From assembly GCA_965153455.1 (NCBI GenBank), contig OZ234493.1, forward strand, positions 25,658,213-25,722,212: DNA of 64,000 nucleotides, in the 5' to 3' direction. Of this stretch, positions 36,681-47,700 are shown one piece after another; the first letter of the stretch is position 1, and each line of letters starts with the position of its first letter. Under the pieces are notes generated by a model. It saw only the letters and a program-made list of their open reading frames with translations, was not told the origin of the DNA and did not search any database. This DNA is from Sphagnum compactum (lineage: Eukaryota). A program made the position numbers and the translations under genes.

Positions 36681-37665
36681 AAATTCAGATATGCAAATTG
36701 GGGTCCCTGCAGCATATTGCACTACACAAAATGCAAGTGATATTTTCCAATCTTGACTTTACTTAGAGGAGCTAATAAGCAAAATTTCGAACAAGGTGGG
36801 TGCCGAAAAGATCACTATGTGAATGAAGAACACAAATTGCAAAACTAGTTCCAAATGAAATGGATTATGACAGGGAACGAGGAGTCCAATTTTCAACATT
36901 GGGTAAGTTAGTTAGGGTCCACCAAGAGAGAGATGGAGAGTTCCATCAGTTTTAGAAGCAAGCTGACATTGAGAATTTAGAGCAGCAAAATATTATGCAT
37001 ATTGTTGGAGGAGATGTGAATTTAGCTAGCATCCACTTCCACCCAGATTGTAAACAAATTGCCAATTTCAATTTAAAAAAAAGAAACTTTGCCAATTCCT
37101 ATGCATGGCTCAAGTAGGTAGCCAAATATATATAAGGATGTTTAATTTATTTTTTCCCCTTTCATGTATTTTGTTAAAGCCAAATTTGGCTAAATCAGCT
37201 TATGGATGATAGCCACCTCGGCTACATCACAAAGTTTGAAAATAAAAACCACTGGTAGTGTGGCATTCATGATGAGCAAATTAAAAATATTTGTTGAATA
37301 TTTCAAAACTATATTTTGAATAACTATATAACTCTATCCACAATATGTTTTTTACACATGTCGCTTCTACCACCAAATAATGAAAAATGGGCTACAAACA
37401 AGACAAAGGCTCTTCTTCTTTCACAAATCAAAACTCTAGGCTCCCATAGCTTCCAAGTCATTGAGAAAACAATCATCCCAACCTAAAGTCCTAGAGTCCT
37501 GACCAGGTGCTTAAAGTTGATGAGTCACATGCATGGAAGGAAAAAGTACCAAGAGATAAACACAAAGTGGGAAAGCCTACATGATGACATCATTCCTAAA
37601 AACACAAAGTAAAAAAGACTCACTGAACTGAACCCTAATAAATAATTTAGCAAATTATATTTGTA

Positions 37666-37780
37666 TAGGAGAAGGGTCTGAGTACAGGCCCTTCCGTGGT
37701 TTTCGACATGTGCCCCAGCCGGTAGGCCGAGGGAACATGTCGAAAACCACGGAAGGGCCTGTACTCAGGTCCTTCTCCTA
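37666..37780. repeat. 115-bp foldback: 46-bp inverted repeat with a 23-nt loop (mini-MITE or hairpin RNA candidate)
   Basis: Arms 37666-37711 and 37735-37780 match at 44/46 and begin and end with TA. Confidence 0.88.
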
Positions 37781-38914
37781 AGTAAAGGAGAGCTGGGATT
37801 TTTTCACTGTTTTTGAAATAGTGAGAGGCTGGCTGGTACCTTCCGCTGGTCAGAAGATCCCAGTACAGCCTTGCTGGTACCTTCCCCTTGCTGAAAACAG
37901 GTTTCTTCAGGCAGGTAATAGAGCTGAAAATACAAAGGAAAAATTCAGGCAGTGCTTTACACATCCAAAAGGTCCATGGAATTTTGTTGTTGTGATATAA
38001 CCCCAGTTTTGTGGAGCCATCACACAAACAAAAATCTTTGAGATCATAGGTATACAATTCCTATGTACCATGCACTACTACTAGCACCACCACAAACCAC
38101 CATTAGCATGTGAACCCATCATTGCAAATCACAAGGGGGGTGGAACTAATTGAAACCAATAGATTCAAATAATAGATTTTTAACCATTATATTAATTTCA
38201 ATTTATCCTCAAGGTATCATAACTTGCATGCAAAATTAATTATAAAAAAATCAACAATATTGTAGTACCTAGGTTAGTTGAACAATAATTCCATTTTTGG
38301 TGAATTTTTTTGATAAATATTTAATTATTGTGTTGAAATTTCAAAAAAATTAGAATTATTTTGTTCTTTTCGTGTGTTCTTTTTTTTTCCCCCCTTTCAA
38401 CAGGTCTTGTTTATTAAGTACTTTCTCAAAGAAATCAAACAACTTTAGTTAGTAGGTTGAGACAAAATAATAATGATATAATAATTCAATATTCTAAAAA
38501 TAGATTGCTCAATCATTGTTAATGTCATAAAAGTGCAATTGACATCAGTTTTTAGTTAATTAATACTCAACCTCTACCAATTTGGTAATTGATATCTCAA
38601 CCTTTGTTGAATATAAAAATAATTTAAATATTTGACGAATGATTGTGAATTGTCCCACAGTATAAAATAATTGGTCATATATATATATAAGTTGGTTTGC
38701 TATTCTTAATAATATTTTTTTTATGTCAGTTATGTTTGACATAAAAATAATAATATACTACAATTCCACATCATACTTAATAATGAAGGTGTTATGCTTG
38801 AGAGCTTCATTCAGATTTTTGACATAATGTATTTTTCAGAATTTTTGACAAATATTCTTTCAAAAAATAATTACTTACCTAGTGCCTAGACAGGCTAGGG
38901 GTATTTTCAAATCT

Positions 38915-38962
38915 ATAATAATTATAATTATAATTATAATTATAATAATTATTATTATTATT
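38915..38962. repeat. AT-only (ATA/ATT)n microsatellite
   Basis: ataataattataattataatt...attattatta. Confidence 0.8.
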
Positions 38963-39583
38963 TTGCTTTGGGGCAGATTCAGGGGAGGGCAATGGCAGGT
39001 TGCCAATTGGCGTTTGGGCAATGGACACGCGTCACGAAATCATGCGAGTGCATGGTTCTGGTGCAATTTGTACCATTAGAAATACGCCACATGGCGGATA
39101 GCATTTTTAGTCGTTCCCTGTTCTCACTGGTGGCCATAAAAGCTGCCACTTTTGCAACGTATTTAGTTCACACTTATCCGCAAGGAGAAGAAGAAGCAGA
39201 AGAAGAGGAGAAGAAGAAGCAACGTTTTCGCTACGCAGTGCGAACCCTCTTCTCTCCGCCAACAAGCAAATCCTTTTGCATCGTCGTCGCATACAGGTAC
39301 CATAAATTTGTAACGAAGTTTTTGTGTTTTTTGGGATGTCGTTCACAAGAACTTCAGGTCTTCTTCATGTCTCGTCTCGTATAGCTTTTTGTTTTGTTTT
39401 GTTCTTTTTTTTTGGGGGGGGGGGGCCGTGGGTGTTTCTGTAGTCGTAGTGGAAAACCAGCTTGTGTTAGTTGGAAGGAAACAGCGGCAGTGACCTCAAT
39501 GATGGTGAAATTGCAATGATGATCTTGCTAATTTCTTGTTGATTCATTGCAGCTTCGTTTCTGTACCAGCAACAGCAGCAAAA

Positions 39584-40754
39584 ATGCCACAAGCACACTT
39601 CGATGCGTCGGTGGAATCTCCCCACCTTGACGTCATTCTGGATGTGGGTCACCCTCTCGCAAATAGGGTTGTCGATGGCTTCATCAAAGTCGGAGGGGTA
39701 ATTCTTTTATACACTTCTCTCTTATAGCAAGAAAACCCATCCCGTATCATGTGGCTTGTCTTTGATTGGGGTTTGCATGGAGCAGGTTGGATTTGTGCAT
39801 GGAGCTACTCAGGAAGCATACCGTCTTGTGCTCAAAGGTTAGAACTTAGTACCTTGTTTTGGTCTCTTACTTTGCATCATATTTGCATATCTAAATGCTA
39901 TTATGGACTGTTCCTGGATTCGGGTCTTTTTTTCTGTTTCTTCTTTTTTTCTTTTGGTTTCTTGCATGCACTTGAGGATGTGTAAAGACATTTGTGAACA
40001 TGACTAGGTCGGCAGGACCATGACAGTGTGCATTTGTTGAACTGCAGAGGAGACTAACCAAAAGTCATTGGAGAAGTTAGCACAGCGTGCTGGCAAGGAG
40101 GCTGTGCAATGGGGTAGAAACCGCATTGAACCGTTTTTCAAGACTTCAGAAAAAATTGTTTATGTCTTTGAACACAATTTTTGAACTGTCAGGACATGAT
40201 AAGACCATGCCTGACCCATCAGGTTCATGGTAATTCACAATAGTGGCAACAACTTAAGTAGAGCTGAGTGAAGCTTTTCAAGAGTAGAGAACTTCTTGAC
40301 TTTGGTTTCAGGTATTTTTGCATGTCTAGGTTCAGTTGATCATCCACACCTTCTGTGATGGTTTGTGCTTGACTTGTGGGGTTTCCTGAACCTTTGCAGG
40401 TCTTGTAGCAGGAGCATACTCAGGTGTGAGATATGGCCTGCAACAAGCCCTTGGTGAAAATAATTGGGTATGTACAATCCTTTCCATTTTGACCTAAATC
40501 ACGGCTCATACATACCTTGTGCACAACAACTTTGCTTTTAGTTAAATGTTGGATACTTAAAATCTCCACATGTGGTTGACTAATTTGTACTTCTCTTTTG
40601 CCTTCAGAAAAGTGCACTCTTGAGTGGAGCACTGACTGGAGCAACTCTTGCAATCACTGAGCCTAACCCTGGCTCTGACCGAGTGGTGCGAGGGGCCATC
40701 ACAGGTGGTGCCATTGCCACAGCTGCAGAGTTCATCCGCAATCTCACTGATTGA
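39584..40754 (+). CDS. OEP16: Plastid outer envelope pore protein 16 (Tim17/22/23-PRAT family; exons about 39584-39697, 39786-39837, 40048-40113, 40400-40467, 40608-40754)
   Basis: SPHLDVILDVGHPLANRVVDGFIKVGG-VG..-KSLEKL..AGKEAVQWG-LVAGAYSGVRYGL..NW-KSALLSGALTGA.LA..AITGGAIATAAEFIRNLT, joined by GT-AG introns in compatible phases. Confidence 0.9.
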
Positions 40755-41919
40755 ACATGTATTTAATAGTGCAGTGTAACATGTGGAGAAAGGAAAGTTG
40801 GAACGGATTGGTTTTTTCCTTTGCTGTTATGGTTGATGATGATGAATAGCAACATTTGTCTGGAGGATTGATGTGAGGCATGCACTATGGATTTTGGAAC
40901 CATACTTTCTGTTTGCGAAATGGGCATTTTGTAGAAGATGTTGATGATGTATCCTCACCCCAAAAAATAAAAAGAGAACTCTTGTTTTTGTGTATTATTG
41001 TGAAACTGGAACATTTGTCAAAAAATGTGGAGGAAATGGGTTTGAAGAGAGGAAGAAAATGCTTTTGATGTGTAGAGCTGGAAACCCCATCATAATGCAT
41101 TGTTAAAATAGTTTTTACTTCAAACCTCAATGAGGCACCTAATGTTATGAACATTAAAGAAAAGGCACAATTGAGAATGGGTATTCATTTCATGTGAAAC
41201 TTTTATCTAATGGAAAAAAAATTGTAAGGGATAAATTAACATAAGATTAGGAGTTTTAAAGACATCTAATTTTGGAGGTACATTATTATAAAATTATGTT
41301 TCAAAGATAAAGTATTGAACTAAAAATGTCCACCACATGAGTTTCTATAGTAAATCCAAAGGATGAATTGTACTTTTAACCACTTGGCACTAAATGTGAA
41401 TGAGATAAAAGTAAAGGGGACATAAAAAGAGTGGGTGAAATGAGCCTATAAAAAAAGGAGAAAGATGGTTTTCTTTCTGCTTATAGCCTCATTTCACTTA
41501 CTCCCTTTATGTCCCTTTTATGAGAGTTTTTCTAAGGATTTTATGAAACAAATTCTTAGAAAAACAAATTTCCCCTTCCAAAAAACTAACAATGAAATAG
41601 TGATACACTTGTTCACAAGTGTAGACGTTGAGTGGAGTGAAGCCAAGAAGTATATGTCCAAACACAATTGAGGAAAGAAAGTTCAATCAATTTGTCAAAA
41701 ATATGGGCATCAAGTGAAGAAAATGAAATGCATGTGGAAATGGAAAAAAAAAACAAACAATGCCACTTAAAATTGGGCTTGCAAAGGATATGAAAAAACG
41801 TATAAAAATAACAAAAATGCATGAGTTCACAAAAAGATATATTTTTTTCATCTCACAAAAGATTTTAAAATTTTATTTGAAGATTTAAAAAACTACCCTG
41901 TTAGGGGAAGGGGTTAGTT

Positions 41920-42190
41920 GCAGTGTTGGGCAGTTATTTGAATTTAAAAGACCAGCCAGTTCTGGTTTTAAATTATTTCAGAATCAGCAGACCGCCTGTT
42001 CTGGTTCTTTGAAAAAAATCAGAAGCAAAACCCTTCACAGAACCGGCGGGTTTCACTAAAGCACTGACAATGAGCTGGACATTTTGAGGACCGTGGTTAT
42101 ATAATACCAGAACGAGGTACCTGGTTTTGCTGAGAACCGTATTCATGAATTCAGTGAACACCCAGATAACTGCCGGGGGTCTGTTCCTGT
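41920..42190 (+). repeat. Dispersed repeat (family B, CAGTG.. terminus with repeated gaaccg..ggtt units); related copies at about 14445-14652 (inverted) and 53358-53490
   Basis: cagtgttgggcagttatttga compared with rc of aaatcaaatacccctccaacacactg and with cagtgtgagggggcggtgctttga; internal aaccggc.g(g)ttc motifs. Confidence 0.5.
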
Positions 42191-42839
42191 TTCTAAAATA
42201 AATTCTACTCTTGTAGTGACTACATCAACAACTATGGGCATATGGGCATATGTAATGTTAGAGCTCCATGCGCCATCTTCACACCCTCCTTTCCCTTTGC
42301 TAGCGATTCACCTCCACTGTCACCTGCACTCTTCTAAATCCAATAAGCTTAGGAAACATAATGCTCATTGCCCTCAAGGTTCCATTGCCAAGGTTTTGCA
42401 GCTTTTGAAAGTTTTTAGATTCATGAGCTTCGCGATGGACATGGACTTTTTTCTAAGGAGGCACTCATGGGTTTACCTATGAAAGCCTAGGCACAAATTT
42501 GGGTAGCAATCTGGTTGTACTATAGTGAAGCCAAGGATGTGAGCTTGACATACAATGAGGTAATGTAGATGGTGATTTGACCTAAACTCAAACTTAGCTA
42601 AGGTTTTGCGGGCTTGGGAACAAATTGAAAAGAATCTCCAAAACTTCTTCTAATGATATTTTCAGACTTGAAGATCAGAACAATTTTAAATTTATAAATA
42701 ACAAACAATGTTCAAACATGCATACATCTACTTTAAGGACTACAACCTGCAAATTTTGAAATGTTGTTGTGAGCTTTGTGGTTTAAGACTTGAAAAGTGA
42801 ATTTATAGGTGCACCTAATGGTATCGATCAACTTTTAGT

Positions 42840-43780
42840 ATTGATGACAACACTTTGATCAAAGATATGGTATCCCCAAAAACCTAATGGTGACAATGAT
42901 GCCATTTTATGATGTACATGCATTTAGTGATATCAAGTTAGTTTTTGGTGTCAATTCACTTCGTTGAAATAAGTACCCTCTATTTTGGAAATAACAATTA
43001 AATCCATTTAAATGATGTGTTGGATGGCTTGTGGCTTGGGAGTTGAAAGGGAAAATTGTATGTGATATCAAGTTTACATTTATGATGTGAACATTTTGCT
43101 CAAAAAAATGGAAGGTGCTTCTTACTTAAGTGATAACAACTAAATATTTCATTTTATGACTTGTGTTGAAATGTTTGTGGATTGTGAGATGAAAGGGGAA
43201 GTTTGTAGGTACAGTCACTACAACAAAATGTGTCCCTATATGTCAAGTTATTTCAATGGATTTTGAGTCCCTATATGCCAAGTTATTTCACTGGATTTTG
43301 AGTGAATTCATTGGTTGTAATGGACAGGGATCAGTGAAAAAGCAGTGAATTCATTGGTCTAGTGAATAGAGACTAGAGAATTGCACCCATAATTTGTAAT
43401 AATGATTTGGTGATATCAAGTTTACATTCAAATGATCATAATTTTTCCTCAAAAAAATGGTAAATGCCCAGACTATTTTGATAGTAATAATGAAATCTGT
43501 TAAAAAAATTCAATTGATGTGTTGAGTTTTTGTGCCATATAAATTAAGATTTGAGAGTTGAAACATTAATATAGGTGGATTTAATGATATCAAGCTTACA
43601 TTTTTTAGGACAACATTTTGTTCAAAGAAATGGTAGGTGCTTCCTATTCTAAAAGGTGATGATTGAATCCATTCAATGAGTTGTTGGTTTGTTAATTTTT
43701 AAATCAAAGGAGTTGAGAGAAGCAATTATAAGTGATATCAAGATAACATTTGTGATAATAACATTTTTGCTCAAAGAAAT
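42840..43780. repeat. Highly degenerate tandem repeat, unit about 135-180 bp
   Basis: gtgatatcaagtttacatt..aacattttgctcaaa.aaatgg variants at about 42928, 43062, 43410, 43585 and 43732. Confidence 0.6.
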
Positions 43781-44778
43781 TATGTATGTTATATTGATTC
43801 AAAATTTTTGATGTAACAATTTGAGCATTTTGGATGTAAGAACTTAACATATTTCTAATGCAATAATCTATTGAAGGTAAATGAACTTCAAATAAGTTGA
43901 TTTGTTATGCTTTTGTTCATTATTTGTTTCTACACATGCACATGGTCTCATTTGGTGGTGTGAAATTGTAGAAAGAAATAGATAGATGGGTTACAAACCA
44001 TGAAAAACACAATTGAAGATGAAGGATTTGCTTTGGTGAAGCCCAAGCTATCCACAAGGAGAACGTTCTATGAAGCTATTTGTGATTGCATGCCTAAGTT
44101 GTTCAACAAATTCTCTTCCGAGCAAAGTATTTTAAGCTTTTATACGTGCATGTCGTGGTGAAGCAGCTACTGCGTCTTTCCCAACAAGCTGACCGGGCCC
44201 CATGCCCCGGCCATAGTTAACCAGCACCCACCAGCACACCATCCATTGGATGCCTGTTATACCTCAGTTGTGGATGAACCTCAACTGAGTTAGTAAATGG
44301 TTTCACCTTGGTAACCAATTCTGTAAGAGAGAGGTTTCGTACATAGGTAAATAGGTAGGTAGGAAAATAGATAATAACTAGGTAAGTAGATGGTTTATAC
44401 ATAGGTAAGGGCGGTAGGTTTTCACTACCTGCCTACTAATAAACTGCTTGTGGGTTGTTAGTATGTAGGTAGTAAAAAAAAGGAACTGAGATAAACCACC
44501 ATGGTTAGCTAGGGAACTGGAACCCAACAGAAAACTGTTTCCTGACCACTTATCATCCATCCGTATTGGTGCGCTTGTGGGTGCCGGTTCACACTGTGGC
44601 CCCAATTCCCAAGTCCTTTGCGCAAGAGCGAGCGAGGGGGGGAGGGAGGTAGGGAGAGAGAGAGCGAGCGTGCGAGCTCGGAGGACGACGACGAGGGGAA
44701 TTCGTTGTCGTTGTTTCTGTTGTGGGTTCAAGGAAATCGAAGAAAGGGTATGGGAACGATCGTGTTGCTCACACGGCT

Positions 44779-47700
44779 ATGGCTACTTCCAAGTTCCAAA
44801 GCATCGTAGAAACTAGAAACAACCTCGCACCGACAAACACAAAAAACTTCGCTAGGTCTAATGTACTGTTGTACCACCAGCGTAACGCCCCCGGGATGAG
44901 CGCCCAGCAACTCCGAGTGAACGGGGACCACAACAGAGTACAAAATACCCGCTTTGCATACATACAAACGCACACCTCTCTCTCTCTCTTTGTCTGTGTG
45001 TGTCTGTGTGCGGGTCTCTGTGTCCCGGATTCTTCTTGTATGTAACAAGCAGGACGTGTGAACAAGCGAGAGAGTGCGGAATTGATTGTAGGTCAGGGAA
45101 CAGAAGATATGCTAGAAGAGTGCAAATATGGCGAGGGGCACTTCAAGCGACGAGCGGACGACGACGCACAAGCGGGAGGGAAGTCGGTAATGCATGAGGA
45201 CTCCCTGGTGTACATGTCGTATCGTTTTGTACTCGCTGGCTGGCTTGGTTGCTTGATTGTTTTGACAGATGATTGAACTTTGTGATGGAATTCTTGCTTT
45301 CGGTTTTGTGTCGTCAGGGGATTGGGATTGAATGAGACAAAATATGTAGTTTCTCTTGGTTTGACTCCCAGTTTGTTTGTTTACTTTGCTGTGAATAGGG
45401 ACATGTATGGATTTGAAGTGCGGCCTCAGCATTTGGAGCGTTATCTTGAGTATGCCGCAATTTACAAGGTTCTCTCACTTTCTTGGTTTTTTGTTCATTC
45501 CTCTTCTTCAAACCCCGCTGTGCTTATGTTCGTTGATGTGATATAAAGCATTGCAAAAGCGGGGAATAGTGATGGTGAGCCGTGCAATGGGCATCGGGAT
45601 CAGGAGGAGGAGGCACAGAGGTCAGAGCAATGGACACAGTTCTTGAGTACGCATAATGAGGGGGAAGCTGTTGGAGCTCAAGCACGGGAGACCAATGTTA
45701 GTTCAGAGGGAGAATATGTAACTAGAGCAGACAGAGAACAAGGATGTGCAGCTGGATTAGCGGTGGAGGCATGGGGCCAGCTGAGAAGTAGCTTGTGGCC
45801 TGTGGAACAAGCCCTAAAAAGACGGAGGAAGAAGGTAGCCACTACTGGTCTTGCAAATGCTGACACTGGGAAGGTTGAACATGTGGCGGTCACAAGGATA
45901 GGCAGTAGTGGAGATGAGTATCATGAGGAATTTGGTGATGGAATTCAAGGCAAATCTCATGAATCTGGGGAAAATGCAGCCAGTGGGGCACAAGCCCTGT
46001 GGGACAAGGAGCTGGAATTCCTTGTACAGAGAGGTGTTCCAATGGCTTTAAGAGGGGAGGTATATTGATCAACTGCTGAACTCACACTGTCTGAAGAACT
46101 TCCCTTTGAAGTGAATTTGCTCTGCAAGAAGCAAGTCAGGTTTGCCATGAGAAGCAAAGATGTAACTGTGTGGTACACCACAAGTCTGTGCATTGCTTTG
46201 AAGACATGTCATTTCTTACTGACCAAGAGTGTGGGAGTAGGGCAGCTATGGCAGGTGTTTGTGGGTGCCAAGGAGCGGAGGGTACCAGGTCACTACAATG
46301 CCTTGCTCACATTGCTAGCAGATGGTGGAGGTGATAGTAATGGTGTCGGTGGCCTCTGTGTTGGCAGTAACACAGCAAATTATGAGATCTCCAACAACTC
46401 CAGAATTCTGGAAAAGTGGACTAGTCAGATTGAAAAGGTGAAGATGTCTACCTGCCTCTGCTGCATATCCTCCAAGTCTTGTATATCACTCCATAGCCTC
46501 ACTTCACTGCAATCAAGGCAGTCCTCAGTTTACAAGATGAACACTGCATGTGCAGGATTTACCTAGAACATTCCCTGGGCATCCATCTCTTGATGAGGAT
46601 GGACGAAACATTCTGCGGCGATTGCTCACAGCATATGCCCGTCACAACCCTTCTGTGGGCTATTGTCAGGTACATCTGTGTTCTTGACTTGGCCTCCTGC
46701 CTGATAGTCACTCCTTGTGGACATGCCTATTTCTGCAGCACTCTCTACCCCTCCTTTTCAAGATGCAGCTACACTTAGGTCATCTGTCTTGATATTGGCA
46801 TCTGCTGCTGCAACCATTCTTGGACACAATGTCCCCTTCTTTGTTTGATCAATGAGTATACTTCAGCAGGATCTTTCCACTTTTATCTCTGTTAGTTACA
46901 ATGACATGGTGACCTACTTGTTTTCTTTGATCTTGATGAACAACTCTCTTTGGCAGGCAATGAATTTCCTTGCAGCTCTTCTGCTGCTCCTTATGCCAGA
47001 GGAGAATGCTTTTTGGTTGGTGAAATTCTGTCCCTCACTTGCAACCTAGCATTGTCTTTGATGTGCAGGTCATAGAGAGTGAGTAAATGTCAAAAAGTCT
47101 CTGGGTGTTCCATTTTACTGTTTTCGTTCACTTGTGCCATCAGGTTTCTGGGATACAAAGAGTGTTTTCCTATGTTGTGCAGCAGGATCTAACTCTTCTC
47201 AACTTAGTACTCTTTTGTAGGGAGCTTCTAAAGGTTTTGTGCCTTGGATGTCATACCAGGTCTTTGACAGGCATCATTGATGACTACTTTGAAGGCTATT
47301 ACTCTGAGAAGATGGTCGAAGCACAGGTAATCAATCACTGGGCTTTTCATATTCAGGTGGGATACTAATTGTAATTTTTTTGCGTCATGTAGATATGAAT
47401 GACCTCCATATTTGCCTGTTTCTGACCAGTTGACAAGCTCGATGTGTAATGAATCGTATTGAAAGACAAAATATAGACATTTCAGAGTCTGTGCAATCAG
47501 TCAATACACAAAGGTCAATGATGCTTTTTTTGACCAGCTGACAAGCTGCAGGTGTAATGATTAGTATTAAACCAACAAAATTAGAGAGTGCATTAGAGTG
47601 TAGATGCTTGGTTAATACAGACACTTCAGTGATTTATCCTACTCATGCAGTAAGAATTTGTGATGTCAACAGGTAGATCAGCTGGTCTTTGAGCAATTGG

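Noticed and set aside
36146..36766. Several overlapping 130-190 aa ORFs on both strands
   Set aside because: By-products of the GC-rich tandem repeat; the peptides are repetitive in every frame.
38882..39079. Poly-Ile ORF
   Set aside because: Translation of the (ATA/ATT)n microsatellite.
47405..47575. Short direct duplication in a TBC intron (tgaccag.tgacaagct...tgtaatga)
   Set aside because: About 45 bp of local duplication with no sign of function.
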